From: Candidatus Aenigmatarchaeota archaeon
GTDB lineage: Archaea; Aenigmatarchaeota; Aenigmatarchaeia; QMZP01; JAFGSV01
Direction of reading: 5' to 3'
DNA length: 64,000 nt
NCBI GenBank assembly: GCA_016934325.1
Contig: JAFGSV010000004.1
Location: 11,538 to 75,537 of the forward strand
The notes below the pieces were generated by a model, which did no database searches, had not been told where the DNA came from, and worked only from the letters and a program-made list of their open reading frames with translations. Positions 18,486 through 27,613 of this stretch are shown here, piece by piece (the first letter of the stretch is position 1; every line of letters starts with the position of its first letter). A program made the translations under genes and the position numbers.

Positions 18486-19112
18486 TCACGCCCTGCCCCA
18501 GTTCCCGGGATCCTTCGACCAGGAGATGACCTTTTCCTTGCTCTTCCTGTCCATGTATCCCATTTCGGTGGCCACCTGTATGAGCGTGCTGAACCTGGTC
18601 AGCGGGACGAGCCTGCATCCTGCCCGCGCGAAGTTCTCCGCCGCCGACCTGAACTCGTAGTAGAATATGGCCACGCAATGGTCGACTACGCCCCCAGCCT
18701 CCCTTATCGCTTCCACAACGGATATCGAGCTGCCGCCCGTGCTCACGAGGTCCTCGATAACGACCACGCGCTGCCCCCGCTCGAGCTTCCCTTCTATGCG
18801 GTTCTTCAGTCCGTGGTCCTTGCTCTCCTCCCTGACGTATATCAGCGGCTTCTCGAGCTCCGCGGCCACCCACGCCGCCCACGGAATGCCGCTGGTGGCC
18901 ACCCCCGCGATGACATCCGGCTTGAGCCCCATGTTCATGATTACGCTCGACAGGGATTTCACAATGGTGCGCCTCTCGGCGGGGTAAGACATCACGAGCC
19001 TGTTGTCGGTGTATATCGGGGCGAGCATGCCGGAGGCCCATTCGAACGGGGGATCGGGCCTCACCTTGACCGCCTTTATTCCGAGCAGGATCTCCGCTAT
19101 CTCCCTTTCCAT
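18486..19112 (-). CDS. pyrE: Orotate phosphoribosyltransferase
   Basis: FEWASGMLAPIYTDNR and the PRPP loop VVVIEDLVSTGGSS. Confidence 0.9.
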   Translation of the reverse strand: MEREIAEILLGIKAVKVRPDPPFEWASGMLAPIYTDNRLVMSYPAERRTIVKSLSSVIMNMGLKPDVIAGVATSGIPWAAWVAAELEKPLIYVREESKDHGLKNRIEGKLERGQRVVVIEDLVSTGGSSISVVEAIREAGGVVDHCVAIFYYEFRSAAENFARAGCRLVPLTRFSTLIQVATEMGYMDRKSKEKVISWSKDPGNWGRA

Positions 19113-19151
19113 ATCATCACGCCAAACACGATCTCAATATGCCACCCTGGA

Positions 19152-20078
19152 TCAGACCTTCCCCAGCAGCAGCGACAGCAGGGCCATCCTGACGGGGACC
19201 CCGTAGGCCGCGTGGTCGAAGTACTTGGCGAACGGGGTGCCGTCCACCTCCGTGCTTATCTCGCTAACCCTCGGCAGCGGATGCATCACTATGAGCCCCT
19301 TCTTCGCCTTCCCGAGCAGCTTCCTGTCCACCCTGTACGAACCTTCCAGCTTCCCGTACTCGCTTATGTTCAGGAACCTCTCCTTCTGTATCCTGGTTAC
19401 GTACAGGACATCCACGTCGGACACCACCTCTGACATGCTCCTGAACTCGCGTATCTCGCAGCCGTTGGAGCGCTTTATCTCCTTGACTATCTCGGCCGGC
19501 ATCCTCAGGCTCGCGGGCGAAACCAGGTTGATGCCCAGGCCGTACATCGCCAGCAGATAGATCAGCGAATGGGTGGTCCTGCCGTACTTGAGGTCTCCGC
19601 ACAGGGCGACGTTGACCCCCCTGAGCCCCTTCTCCTTCATTATGGTGAACAGGTCCATGAGCCCCTGTGTCGGGTGATGGTTGTGCCCGTCCCCGCCGCT
19701 GATGACAGGGTTCTTCGCGATTCTCGCAGCCAGGGCGCTGGAGCCCATGTCGGGGTGCCTCATGACGATTATGTCGGAGTAGCTGTCCACCATCCTGACC
19801 GTGTCTTCCAGGGACTCGCCCTTCTTGATGCTGGTGCCCTCGGTGCCCGAGAAGCCGAGGACTGACCCCCCCAGCCTTAGCATGGCGGAGGTGAACGAGA
19901 GCCTGGTCCTGGTGCTCGGCTCGAAGAACATGGTGGCGAGGATCTTCCCCTTGAGCAGCCTCGGCACCCTGCCGTCGCGCAGAAAGAGCAGCATGGCTTC
20001 CGACTGCTTCATGATCTCTTCAACGTCTTCCTTCGGAAGGTCCACGGTGGTTATTATGTCCTTTGACATCAGGCCCAT
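19152..20078 (-). CDS. pyrB: Aspartate carbamoyltransferase catalytic subunit
   Basis: FFEPSTRTRLSF, HPTQ and HPLPR. The ORF-track start is 20144, but TTTTTTAAAG (20117-20108) inside that extension looks like the TATA box, which favours ATG 20078 or 20069. Confidence 0.9.
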   Translation of the reverse strand: MGLMSKDIITTVDLPKEDVEEIMKQSEAMLLFLRDGRVPRLLKGKILATMFFEPSTRTRLSFTSAMLRLGGSVLGFSGTEGTSIKKGESLEDTVRMVDSYSDIIVMRHPDMGSSALAARIAKNPVISGGDGHNHHPTQGLMDLFTIMKEKGLRGVNVALCGDLKYGRTTHSLIYLLAMYGLGINLVSPASLRMPAEIVKEIKRSNGCEIREFRSMSEVVSDVDVLYVTRIQKERFLNISEYGKLEGSYRVDRKLLGKAKKGLIVMHPLPRVSEISTEVDGTPFAKYFDHAAYGVPVRMALLSLLLGKV

Positions 20079-20156
20079 GATATTCAAAATAATCCTATAA
20101 CCCGAGTCTTTAAAAAACACGATGGAAAATCCGGGCTTTGTCATCGCGGCCGGGGA

Positions 20157-20414
20157 TCAGAACGAGTTCACCGCCACGATCCAGGTGTCGAACCATACGA
20201 AGAGGTAGATGAAGAGCCCGTTCCCCAGCCACCAGCTGAACTTCCTCTTGCCGAGCGCCCTCTCCATCAAGTGGCCCAGGACGAAGGCCGCCACCAGGCC
20301 AAGGCCTATGGCGTACAGCGCCCTCCCCATGAACGGCGAGACGAGCCCGAGCAATGCTCCCGCCGCCATATGCATGATCAACGATGTCCTCGACGCCTTA
20401 AGTTCATCTTCCAT
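20157..20414 (-). CDS. Small membrane protein (3 TM)
   Basis: 85 aa, hydrophobic (LIMHMAAGALLGLVSPF, AIGLGLVAAFVLGHL, LFIYLFVWFDTWIVAV). Confidence 0.5.
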   Translation of the reverse strand: MEDELKASRTSLIMHMAAGALLGLVSPFMGRALYAIGLGLVAAFVLGHLMERALGKRKFSWWLGNGLFIYLFVWFDTWIVAVNSF

Positions 20415-20514
20415 TTGAAATCATGCGCATGCTGACTTAAAAATGCCTTCTAAAAAGAACCGCTTTTTCAATCCGTCCGGACCCAGCTATCGCTGCCGAA
20501 GGACGAAAAGGCGC

Positions 20515-20868
20515 TCAGCTCTTCTCGCTCCAACGGCTGAAGTAGATGATGCCGATCACGCATATCAGCGTCGTCACCAGCGCGGTTATGAGGGTGAAGA
20601 CGTATCCGTCACCGGTCAGGTTGGCGTATGCGATGAGCTTGTCTACGCCGTCCTTGACGACGTCCCTCCACACCAGGGCTATCAGGAAACCGAAAGCGGC
20701 GAGAACTGCCTTCGCGATGTTTCCCCTTATCTCGTGCTTCACCTTCTTGACGCCGGATATGAGCTTGTTATCGACGGTCGTCCTGGCTACCACTTTCCTG
20801 GCGCCCGAGACCAGCTTGTCGTCGATGGACGTCTTGTCCAGCACCCTCTTCAGCTTACTGCCGGCCAT
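20515..20868 (-). CDS. Membrane protein, function unknown
   Basis: 117 aa. N-terminal repeated DDKLVSG/DNKLISG units and two C-terminal TM helices (AVLAAFGFLIALVW, FTLITALVTTLICVIGIIY). Confidence 0.6.
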   Translation of the reverse strand: MAGSKLKRVLDKTSIDDKLVSGARKVVARTTVDNKLISGVKKVKHEIRGNIAKAVLAAFGFLIALVWRDVVKDGVDKLIAYANLTGDGYVFTLITALVTTLICVIGIIYFSRWSEKS

Positions 20869-20872
20869 ATCA

Positions 20873-20962
20873 TCACTTCTTCTTATACCTCATCTTCTTC
20901 TGCCTCTTCTTGAGCTTGTGCTTCTTCATCTTGCCCCTTTTCCTCTTCCTCCCGCACGGCAT
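20873..20962 (-). CDS. Unlisted 29-aa polybasic mini-ORF with a bS22/mS38 (AURKAIP1/COX24)-like motif
   Basis: AAGGTGA then 6 nt then ATG. Translation: MPCGRKRKRGKMKKHKLKKRQKKMRYKKK. The stop lies 4 nt before the start of the 20515-20868 gene. Confidence 0.4.
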   Translation of the reverse strand: MPCGRKRKRGKMKKHKLKKRQKKMRYKKK

Positions 20963-21134
20963 TCAAATTCACCTTTCCTTACCCAGCAGATTTCAAGACG
21001 ATGCCCCCGGCATCTTCCGGGCTTGCAGAGCGCTTCACCAGCGAAATGCTGCTATAGTTATAAATGCGAAGGGGGATATATAATTAATTGGTTTCGAATC
21101 GTTTACATTATCGTTTCAAATAAGGAGGATTTGC

Positions 21135-22556
21135 ATGAAAGCAGTACGATATTCAATTCCGTGCTTCCTGATCGTGCTTCTGGCACTTTCAGTGGCCGTA
21201 AGCGCAGAGGACATGCTCATTTCGCCCATATCCGCTGACACGGACATCGATTCAGTGATTCTGGCAACGAACTCCAACTATCCGGACACCATCGTCGCCA
21301 GCGTTGTTGCCGAGAAGATAGGCGCGCCGCTTCTCCTCACGGACCCGGGCGCCCTGTCGCCGGAGACGAAGGCAGAGATAGAGGCACTGGGCGTGAGCAC
21401 GATATACGTCATCGGGGGCCCGGCGGTGATAGCGGAGGACGTACAGGAACAGCTCGGCGAGAGCTACAGCGTCGTCAGGATCTGGGGCATGACAAGGTAC
21501 GGCACCGCGGTCAAGGTGGCCGAGTACTTCTGGGAGGAGTCGGAGCATGCCGTGCTGGTGTGGGACAGCCTCGCCAGGCCCGAATCGGGCAACAGCGAGA
21601 TGGTGTCCCAGGCAAAGGAGATAGCCTCCGAGCTAGGGGTGCCTCTGCTGCTGATCAACAAGAACTTCATCCCCGACCAGGTCCTGGGCGCTCTGCAGAA
21701 CCTGTCCGTGCAGTCGGTGACGGTCATCGGGAATGTGGGCCCGGACGTGACCTCTTCCCTCGACGACCTCGGCATAGCGATAGACGAGCAGATAAAGGGC
21801 GCAACGCCCGAACAGACCAGGGAAATGCTGAAGGAGAGGCTCAGGGAGAGGATAAGGACCATGGTTCGCAACCACGGGAAGAGGCCCTTGGTCGTCATAG
21901 CGGTGGGCAACTGGAGCGACACCATAATGGCCCCTTGCATGCCGAACGGAACCAGCAGGCACATAAGCAGCGAGGAACAGATCGATGACCTCATAGCAGA
22001 GATAAGCGAGCTGAACTACAGCAGGATATACGTGGTGGGCAAGCCGGAGCTTGCCAGGATCGTCTACGACGGGCTAACGGCAGCGGGCATCAGCGTGACT
22101 CACGTCTCGGGCAGGGTAGCCGAGGTGGCGAAGCAGATGGTGCAGAACGAGAAAGAGACCATCAGGAGGATCGCCCAGGCAGCCAAGACGGCCCTGAGGA
22201 GGACCTTCTCCCTGAAGGTGAATGCCACTGATGTCGGGGAGAAGAGCCAGCAGGTGATCGACAGGATCGACGCCTCCTTGAGCAAGGTTGGCGGAATAAA
22301 CAAGACAATGATAATGAACCAGCTGAATGGCATCAGGGACGAGATGCTCGAGGACCTTGAGAACGGGGACCACGAAGGCGCATGGCTCATGTACCAGAGG
22401 CTTGTCAGCGAGGAATCCCAGATAATACTGAGGTACCAGAACTGGCTTCTCAGCAGATACCAGAGCCTCAGGGATGCGGAGACGAAATACAGGACGCTTG
22501 CCGACACGGTGAAGTCCGCGAGGACAGGAGCCCTGGCGGCCGATGCGGGCGGCTGA
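21135..22556 (+). CDS. Secreted protein with cell-wall-binding-repeat-2-like units and a coiled-coil C-terminus
   Basis: GGAGGA then 5 nt then ATG. Signal peptide MKAVRYSIPCFLIVLLALSVAVSA. Units such as NSNYPDTIVASVVAEKIGAPLLLTDPGALSPETKAEIEALGVSTIYVIGGPAVI. Confidence 0.7.
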   Translation: MKAVRYSIPCFLIVLLALSVAVSAEDMLISPISADTDIDSVILATNSNYPDTIVASVVAEKIGAPLLLTDPGALSPETKAEIEALGVSTIYVIGGPAVIAEDVQEQLGESYSVVRIWGMTRYGTAVKVAEYFWEESEHAVLVWDSLARPESGNSEMVSQAKEIASELGVPLLLINKNFIPDQVLGALQNLSVQSVTVIGNVGPDVTSSLDDLGIAIDEQIKGATPEQTREMLKERLRERIRTMVRNHGKRPLVVIAVGNWSDTIMAPCMPNGTSRHISSEEQIDDLIAEISELNYSRIYVVGKPELARIVYDGLTAAGISVTHVSGRVAEVAKQMVQNEKETIRRIAQAAKTALRRTFSLKVNATDVGEKSQQVIDRIDASLSKVGGINKTMIMNQLNGIRDEMLEDLENGDHEGAWLMYQRLVSEESQIILRYQNWLLSRYQSLRDAETKYRTLADTVKSARTGALAADAGG

Positions 22557-22600
22557 ATTCCGTTCCCCAATCCCCCCTTCTTTCCATTTTCCGACCGTGC

Positions 22601-23740
22601 CTACGTCGGGTGCTGCGAGAAGACCGCCCGGGATATCCTGGAGAACTTGTCCCAAGTGTCCCACTTTATCCTGGCCTTGGCCTCCCTGAGCAGCCTGGCA
22701 GTTTCCAAATCTATGGAAAGCGGATCGCTGCCGCATATGTATCCCATGTCCTTGGATACGCGGGGGCTGTTCGAAGAGCAGTCGCATCTCTCTGTGACCT
22801 TGTTGAGCGAATTGACGCACAGCATGTTCCCGTTGCGGAACTGCCCGGCGACTGCCCTGGCGGCCAGCGCGAACGCCCTGAAGCCGTGGATTTCCGCCTT
22901 CGGAGGCCTTCTCATCGCCCCTGTCGTGCACGCCCCTATGCACCTCCCGCAAGCGGGGCAATCGCGCGTGTCGAGTATAACCTTCCTGCCGAACATGAGG
23001 CACCCGTTCGGGCACGCGTGAACGCATGACCCGCAGCCCGTGCACAGCCGCTCGTCATAGACCGGGCGCATGTGCGAATGTATCATCCTCTTGCTCTCCT
23101 TCACGACGCACCCCATGGCGAGGTTCTTGATGGCCGCCCCCAAGCCGGTCAGGATGTGGCCCGTGACGTGGGAAAGGAGAAGGAGCGCGTCGGCTTCGGC
23201 GATGGGCTTGGCGATTCGTATCCCATCCACATCCTTCCATTCGTCATCGCTGGCTATGACCACCTCGAACCTGCCGAACCCGTGCCTCTTCGCAAGCTCC
23301 TCGTAGCCCCTCTTCGTGAACCTGCCCTTCTTGTACAGGGTGGTCGTGTCGACCAGGAACGGTTCCCCCCCGTTCTCCCTTATCTTGTCGGCCATCTTGC
23401 CGACCTCGTCCGGCTGGATGTGATTGGGATTGCCGAGCTCGCCCATGTGCAGCTTTATGGCGACCCTGCCCGTGAGATCCACGGGCACGTCCCCGATGTC
23501 TTCGTAAATCCTGTAGCCCAGAATGACCACCAAATCTGAAATAACGCTTTCATCATTTATAAAACAGATGAAACAGGCACATGCTGCCGCTAACGTGCGC
23601 AGAGCCGCATCACCAGGCCAGGGTGCGGCTTGTGCTTTGAAAAGAATAAAAGCTACCGGGATGCTTAATATGAATATGCCCGAAGAAAATACGAAGAAGC
23701 TGGCATTCATCGGGATCCTGATCGCGTCCGTCATCTTCAT
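22601..23740 (-). CDS. DUF362-family protein with two 4Fe-4S ferredoxin motifs
   Basis: AIKLHMGELGN...FLVDTTTLY, CTGCGSCVHACP and CPACGRCIGACT. The true start is probably GTG/TTG at 23530/23533, because TTTTATAAA (23575-23566) lies about 40 nt upstream and the 5' ORF extension overlaps the next gene. Confidence 0.8.
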   Translation of the reverse strand: MKMTDAIRIPMNASFFVFSSGIFILSIPVAFILFKAQAAPWPGDAALRTLAAACACFICFINDESVISDLVVILGYRIYEDIGDVPVDLTGRVAIKLHMGELGNPNHIQPDEVGKMADKIRENGGEPFLVDTTTLYKKGRFTKRGYEELAKRHGFGRFEVVIASDDEWKDVDGIRIAKPIAEADALLLLSHVTGHILTGLGAAIKNLAMGCVVKESKRMIHSHMRPVYDERLCTGCGSCVHACPNGCLMFGRKVILDTRDCPACGRCIGACTTGAMRRPPKAEIHGFRAFALAARAVAGQFRNGNMLCVNSLNKVTERCDCSSNSPRVSKDMGYICGSDPLSIDLETARLLREAKARIKWDTWDKFSRISRAVFSQHPT

Positions 23741-24173
23741 CTCGGTCTTCGTGATTCCCTATCTTGTGATACCCCCCGAGGAGATCCCGAAGCCGACGCT
23801 GGCAGAGGGCATGCCCGTTGAAGCCAGGCACATCGACTATCTGGTAAAGAGGCTTGGCGCAGGCAGGCTGCTGATCGTCCCTGGATCGGGCCGATCCCCT
23901 GAGATGGAGATGCTGGTGATTCCGGCGAACAGCTATTTCACCGTCACAGTCCAGAATGGTATCGCCACGGCAAGGGCGGGCAGGGCAAGCGACCCCGACA
24001 TAAGGCTCACCGGGGACAGGGAGGTGGTCGCGAGGCTGCTTTCTGCCGACGACATACTCGCCGAGGTCAAGCGCCTCAACGAGGAAGGGAAGGTCACCCT
24101 GGAGATGCTGAGGGACAGGGAAGAGCTGATCATGATCGGCTACGAATCGCTGTACAACGAGCTGACGAAATGA
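23661..24173 (+). CDS. Membrane-anchored protein with a possible SCP2-like domain
   Basis: N-terminal TM LAFIGILIASVIFISVFVIPYLV. DIRLTGDREVVARLLSADDILAEVKRL resembles SCP2/alkyl-sulfatase C-terminal domains (weak). The ORF-track start 23523 overlaps the divergent gene. Confidence 0.5.
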   Translation: MLNMNMPEENTKKLAFIGILIASVIFISVFVIPYLVIPPEEIPKPTLAEGMPVEARHIDYLVKRLGAGRLLIVPGSGRSPEMEMLVIPANSYFTVTVQNGIATARAGRASDPDIRLTGDREVVARLLSADDILAEVKRLNEEGKVTLEMLRDREELIMIGYESLYNELTK

Positions 24174-24231
24174 CGCGGGAATTCAGTCCCCTTGGCACGT
24201 CATTTAAATATCAGAAATGAATAAGATTCTT

Positions 24232-24912
24232 ATGGCAGGTCTCAAGAGGGTCAAGACCGGCGTCGAGGGGATAGACGCGCTCGTGGAGGGCGGTTTTCCC
24301 GAAGGCAGCGTGGTTCTGGTGGCCGGTACGCCCGGAACCGGGAAGACCATCCTGGGGATCCAGTACCTGGTCGAGGGGACAAAGAAGAAGGAGATGGGCA
24401 TCCTCATATCCTTCGAGCAGGAGAAGAGCGACATAATACAGCAGGCCGCGCGGTTCGGCTGGGACCTGGAGGCCATGGAGAAGAAGAACCTGATTAGGAT
24501 CGTCAGCATGTGGCCCTCGTCCTTCGACGAGGTGATGACCAAGATATTCAAGTGCCTTTACTTCAAGCCCAAGAGGCTGGTGGTGGATTCCGTGACTTCC
24601 GTGACCTACAGCATGAAGGAGAACAGGGAGGCCTTCCACAAGATGATAGAGAAGCTGAAGAAGACTGGTCTCACCGCTATCCTGACATCGGAGCTGCTCT
24701 CCGGGGACAAGGGGTATTCGAGGGACGGTGTATCCGAGTTCGTGAGCGACGGATTGATAATCCTGTCGAGCACCGAAGCCGCGGGGGAGCACAAGAACCT
24801 GCTGAGGGTCGAGAAGATGAGGTCATGCAAGATAAACAAGGAATCCCACCTGTACGACATCACGGAGAAGGGCTTCCAGCTCACCGCCCCCCCGACCGAC
24901 ATCGGCAAATAA
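24232..24912 (+). CDS. KaiC/RadA-like single-domain RecA-superfamily ATPase (paralog 1)
   Basis: VKTGVEGIDALVEGGFPEGSVVLVAGTPGTGKT (Walker A) and LVVDSV (Walker B). ATTTAAATA at 24202-24210 sits about 26 nt before ATG 24232, which suggests a leaderless mRNA. The ORF-track start is 24217. Confidence 0.85.
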   Translation: MAGLKRVKTGVEGIDALVEGGFPEGSVVLVAGTPGTGKTILGIQYLVEGTKKKEMGILISFEQEKSDIIQQAARFGWDLEAMEKKNLIRIVSMWPSSFDEVMTKIFKCLYFKPKRLVVDSVTSVTYSMKENREAFHKMIEKLKKTGLTAILTSELLSGDKGYSRDGVSEFVSDGLIILSSTEAAGEHKNLLRVEKMRSCKINKESHLYDITEKGFQLTAPPTDIGK

Positions 24913-24943
24913 AGCATTTAATTCCCGTCGCCAATCACTCTTC

Positions 24944-25525
24944 ATGGTCAGGCGCACTATCTTCTTCGCTTCGGTAATCGCCGTCATATCGCTGCTCATA
25001 AACCTGATGCTCGCGAGCTCGAACTATAACCAGGCGAGCCGCATAAGCTCGCTGGAGGCCGCACTGGGCGGCCTCAGGGACGACGACGCGGGGCTCGGGG
25101 ACAAACCCAAGATCGCATGCACCGATCCCGTCCTGAAGGGCGCGAGCGGCATGGAATATGCGAGGCTCAGCGCGAGCGCTGGCAGGGACGGCAAGGTCAC
25201 CCTGGAACTCGAGAACCTGCACGACGATTCCATTTTCGCCATCAACATCAGGGAGGTGCAAGTCGTTTACGACAGGGGCCTGGAGAGGATAGCGGCCGAT
25301 AGCAGGTCAGCCCCCACATTCAAGGGTATTGGCCTCAACTCGACGTGCAGCGGCATCATAGACCCGGGGGAGTCCCTGTCATGCGAGAGCCCGTCATTCA
25401 GCGATATCATAGCAGGCACGCTCGAGCAGGGCGGCGATACGTTCATCATCAATCACCTGTCCGTGGAGCTGGACCTGAAGCCGTATTATTTCGTGGCTTC
25501 GGATATCTGCGTCGGCATTTCCTGA
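24944..25525 (+). CDS. Hypothetical N-terminally anchored or secreted protein
   Basis: 193 aa. N-terminal TM FFASVIAVISLLINLMLA. Cys-containing beta-rich remainder. Confidence 0.5.
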   Translation: MVRRTIFFASVIAVISLLINLMLASSNYNQASRISSLEAALGGLRDDDAGLGDKPKIACTDPVLKGASGMEYARLSASAGRDGKVTLELENLHDDSIFAINIREVQVVYDRGLERIAADSRSAPTFKGIGLNSTCSGIIDPGESLSCESPSFSDIIAGTLEQGGDTFIINHLSVELDLKPYYFVASDICVGIS

Positions 25526-25680
25526 TGCGGCCGGGATGACTGAGATAGCCCTGTTTTTCAGCGAATTTACGAAGAAATAACATATTTAAGCTTTCGATTC
25601 TTAATTCATATATATACTGTTAAACTGTTAACTGTTTAACTGGTATAAGCTCGCCCAGTGCGGGCGTTCATGGTGGTTTC

Positions 25681-27603
25681 ATGACGGCCGGGAAGGATGC
25701 GAAGGCAGGTGACGGGAAGCCGGAGAAGCAGTGGTACGATGCCCGCTCCATAAAGGTCCTGAAGGGGCTGGACGGGGTTCGCAAGAGGCCCGCGATGTAC
25801 ATAGGCGATACCGGGAAGAGGGGGCTGCACCACATCCTCGAGGAGGTCGTGGACAACGCGATAGACGAGCACCTCGCCGGGTTCTGCAAGAGCATACAGG
25901 TCATACTGCACAAGGACGGGTCGGCCACCGTGACCGACGACGGCAGGGGCATACCCGTGGACATGCATCCCGATTCAAAGAAGCCTGCCCTCGAGCTTGT
26001 AATGACGACGCTGCACGCCGGCGGGAAGTTCGACTCCAAGAGCTACAGGATTTCAGGCGGGCTCCACGGGGTCGGGGTCTCCGTAACGAACGCCCTCTCG
26101 GAGTGGCTGAAGGCGGATGTGAGGAGGGATGGCAGGGAGTACTCGCAGACCTACAGGAGGGGCGCCGCTGCGGGGGCGATGAAGCCCGGCAGGAAGGCCG
26201 ATGGCACGGGCACCACCATATCGTTCAAGCCGGACTCCAAGATCTTCTCGGAGATGGATTTCGACTTCGAGCTGCTCGCCAGCCGGCTCGAGGAGCTGTC
26301 GTTCCTCAACGCGGGACTGCGCATAGAGATAACCGACGAGAGGTCGGGCAAGCACAAGTCTTTCTTGCATGATGGCGGGATAAGCTCCTTCGTGAAGCAC
26401 CTGAACAAGACGAAGACTCCCATACACCCGGATCCCATATACTTCTCGCAGCAGAACCAGAAGTTCGAGATCGAGGTCGCCATGCAGTACACCGACGCCT
26501 ATCTCAGGACGGTCTTCTCGTTCGTGAACGGCATAAACACCATCGAGGGGGGGACCCACGAGGAGGGGTGGCGCAGCGCGCTGACCAGGGCGCTGAACAA
26601 GTACATGGAGGAGAAGGAATCCATGCAGCTGAAGGGCGAGGACGTCAGGGAGGGCCTGACGGCCGTCATATCCCTGCGGCTGCAGAACCCCCAGTTCGAG
26701 GGGCAGACCAAGACCAAGCTCGGAAACAGCGATATCAGAGGGATCGTTGCCAGCATAACCTACGAGAAGCTGGTCGACTTCCTTGAGGAGAACCCCAAGG
26801 TCAGGGACACCATCCTCACAAAGGTGCTCGAGGCGGCCAAGGCCAGGGAGGCGGCCAGGAACGCCAAGGAGCTCGTGAGGAGGAAGAGCGCTTTCAGCAC
26901 GGGCTCGCTGCCCGGGAAGCTGGCCGACTGCCAGGTCAGGGACCCGAAGCAGGCCGAGCTGTTCATCGTGGAGGGCGACAGCGCCGGAGGCTCATCGAAA
27001 CAAGGAAGGGACAGGCGCTTCCAGGCGATACTGCCGCTCAGGGGCAAGATACTTAACACGGAGAAGGCCAGGATAGACAGGATATACCAGAACAACGAGA
27101 TATCGGCCATGATGACGGCCATTGGCACGGGGATAAACGACGAGTGCGACCCCAAGAAGTCCAGGTACGGCAAGGTGCTGATACTCGCGGACAGCGACGT
27201 CGACGGGAACCACATAGTGACGCTCATACTCACCTTCTTCTACAGGTACATGCTGCCGATGATCAAGGCGGGCAAGATCTACGTTGCCAACGCGCCGCTT
27301 TACAGGGTGAAACACAAGGGAACCGTCCATTACGTGTTCGACGAGAAGGAGAAGAACGCGCTGCTGCAGAAGCTCGGGGACACCGGGGTGCTCATACAGA
27401 GGTTCAAGGGCCTGGGGGAGATGAACCCCTCCCAGTTGTGGGAGACGACCCTGGACCCGGAGACGAGGCGTCTCAAGCAGATAACCATAGAGGACGCCAT
27501 GATTGCGGACGAGGTGTTCTCGACGCTCATGGGGAAGGAAGTGATACCAAGGAAGGAGTTCATAGTCAAGCACGCCAAGCTGGCCAGGAACCTGGACATA
27601 TGA
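25681..27603 (+). CDS. gyrB: DNA gyrase subunit B
   Basis: [45 protein letters not shown] and [13 protein letters not shown]. Confidence 0.97.
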   Translation: MTAGKDAKAGDGKPEKQWYDARSIKVLKGLDGVRKRPAMYIGDTGKRGLHHILEEVVDNAIDEHLAGFCKSIQVILHKDGSATVTDDGRGIPVDMHPDSKKPALELVMTTLHAGGKFDSKSYRISGGLHGVGVSVTNALSEWLKADVRRDGREYSQTYRRGAAAGAMKPGRKADGTGTTISFKPDSKIFSEMDFDFELLASRLEELSFLNAGLRIEITDERSGKHKSFLHDGGISSFVKHLNKTKTPIHPDPIYFSQQNQKFEIEVAMQYTDAYLRTVFSFVNGINTIEGGTHEEGWRSALTRALNKYMEEKESMQLKGEDVREGLTAVISLRLQNPQFEGQTKTKLGNSDIRGIVASITYEKLVDFLEENPKVRDTILTKVLEAAKAREAARNAKELVRRKSAFSTGSLPGKLADCQVRDPKQAELFIVEGDSAGGSSKQGRDRRFQAILPLRGKILNTEKARIDRIYQNNEISAMMTAIGTGINDECDPKKSRYGKVLILADSDVDGNHIVTLILTFFYRYMLPMIKAGKIYVANAPLYRVKHKGTVHYVFDEKEKNALLQKLGDTGVLIQRFKGLGEMNPSQLWETTLDPETRRLKQITIEDAMIADEVFSTLMGKEVIPRKEFIVKHAKLARNLDI

Positions 27604-27613
27604 GGTTTTCGAC

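Noticed and set aside
18384-19433. 349-aa plus-strand ORF spanning pyrE and pyrB
   Set aside because: It lies opposite two well-supported minus-strand genes. Its R/H/P/G-rich composition is typical of off-frame translation in GC-rich DNA.
22074-23045. 323-aa minus-strand ORF bridging the CWB2-like gene and the DUF362 gene
   Set aside because: It is out of frame with the DUF362 gene and antisense to 21135-22556. It is R/G/H-rich.
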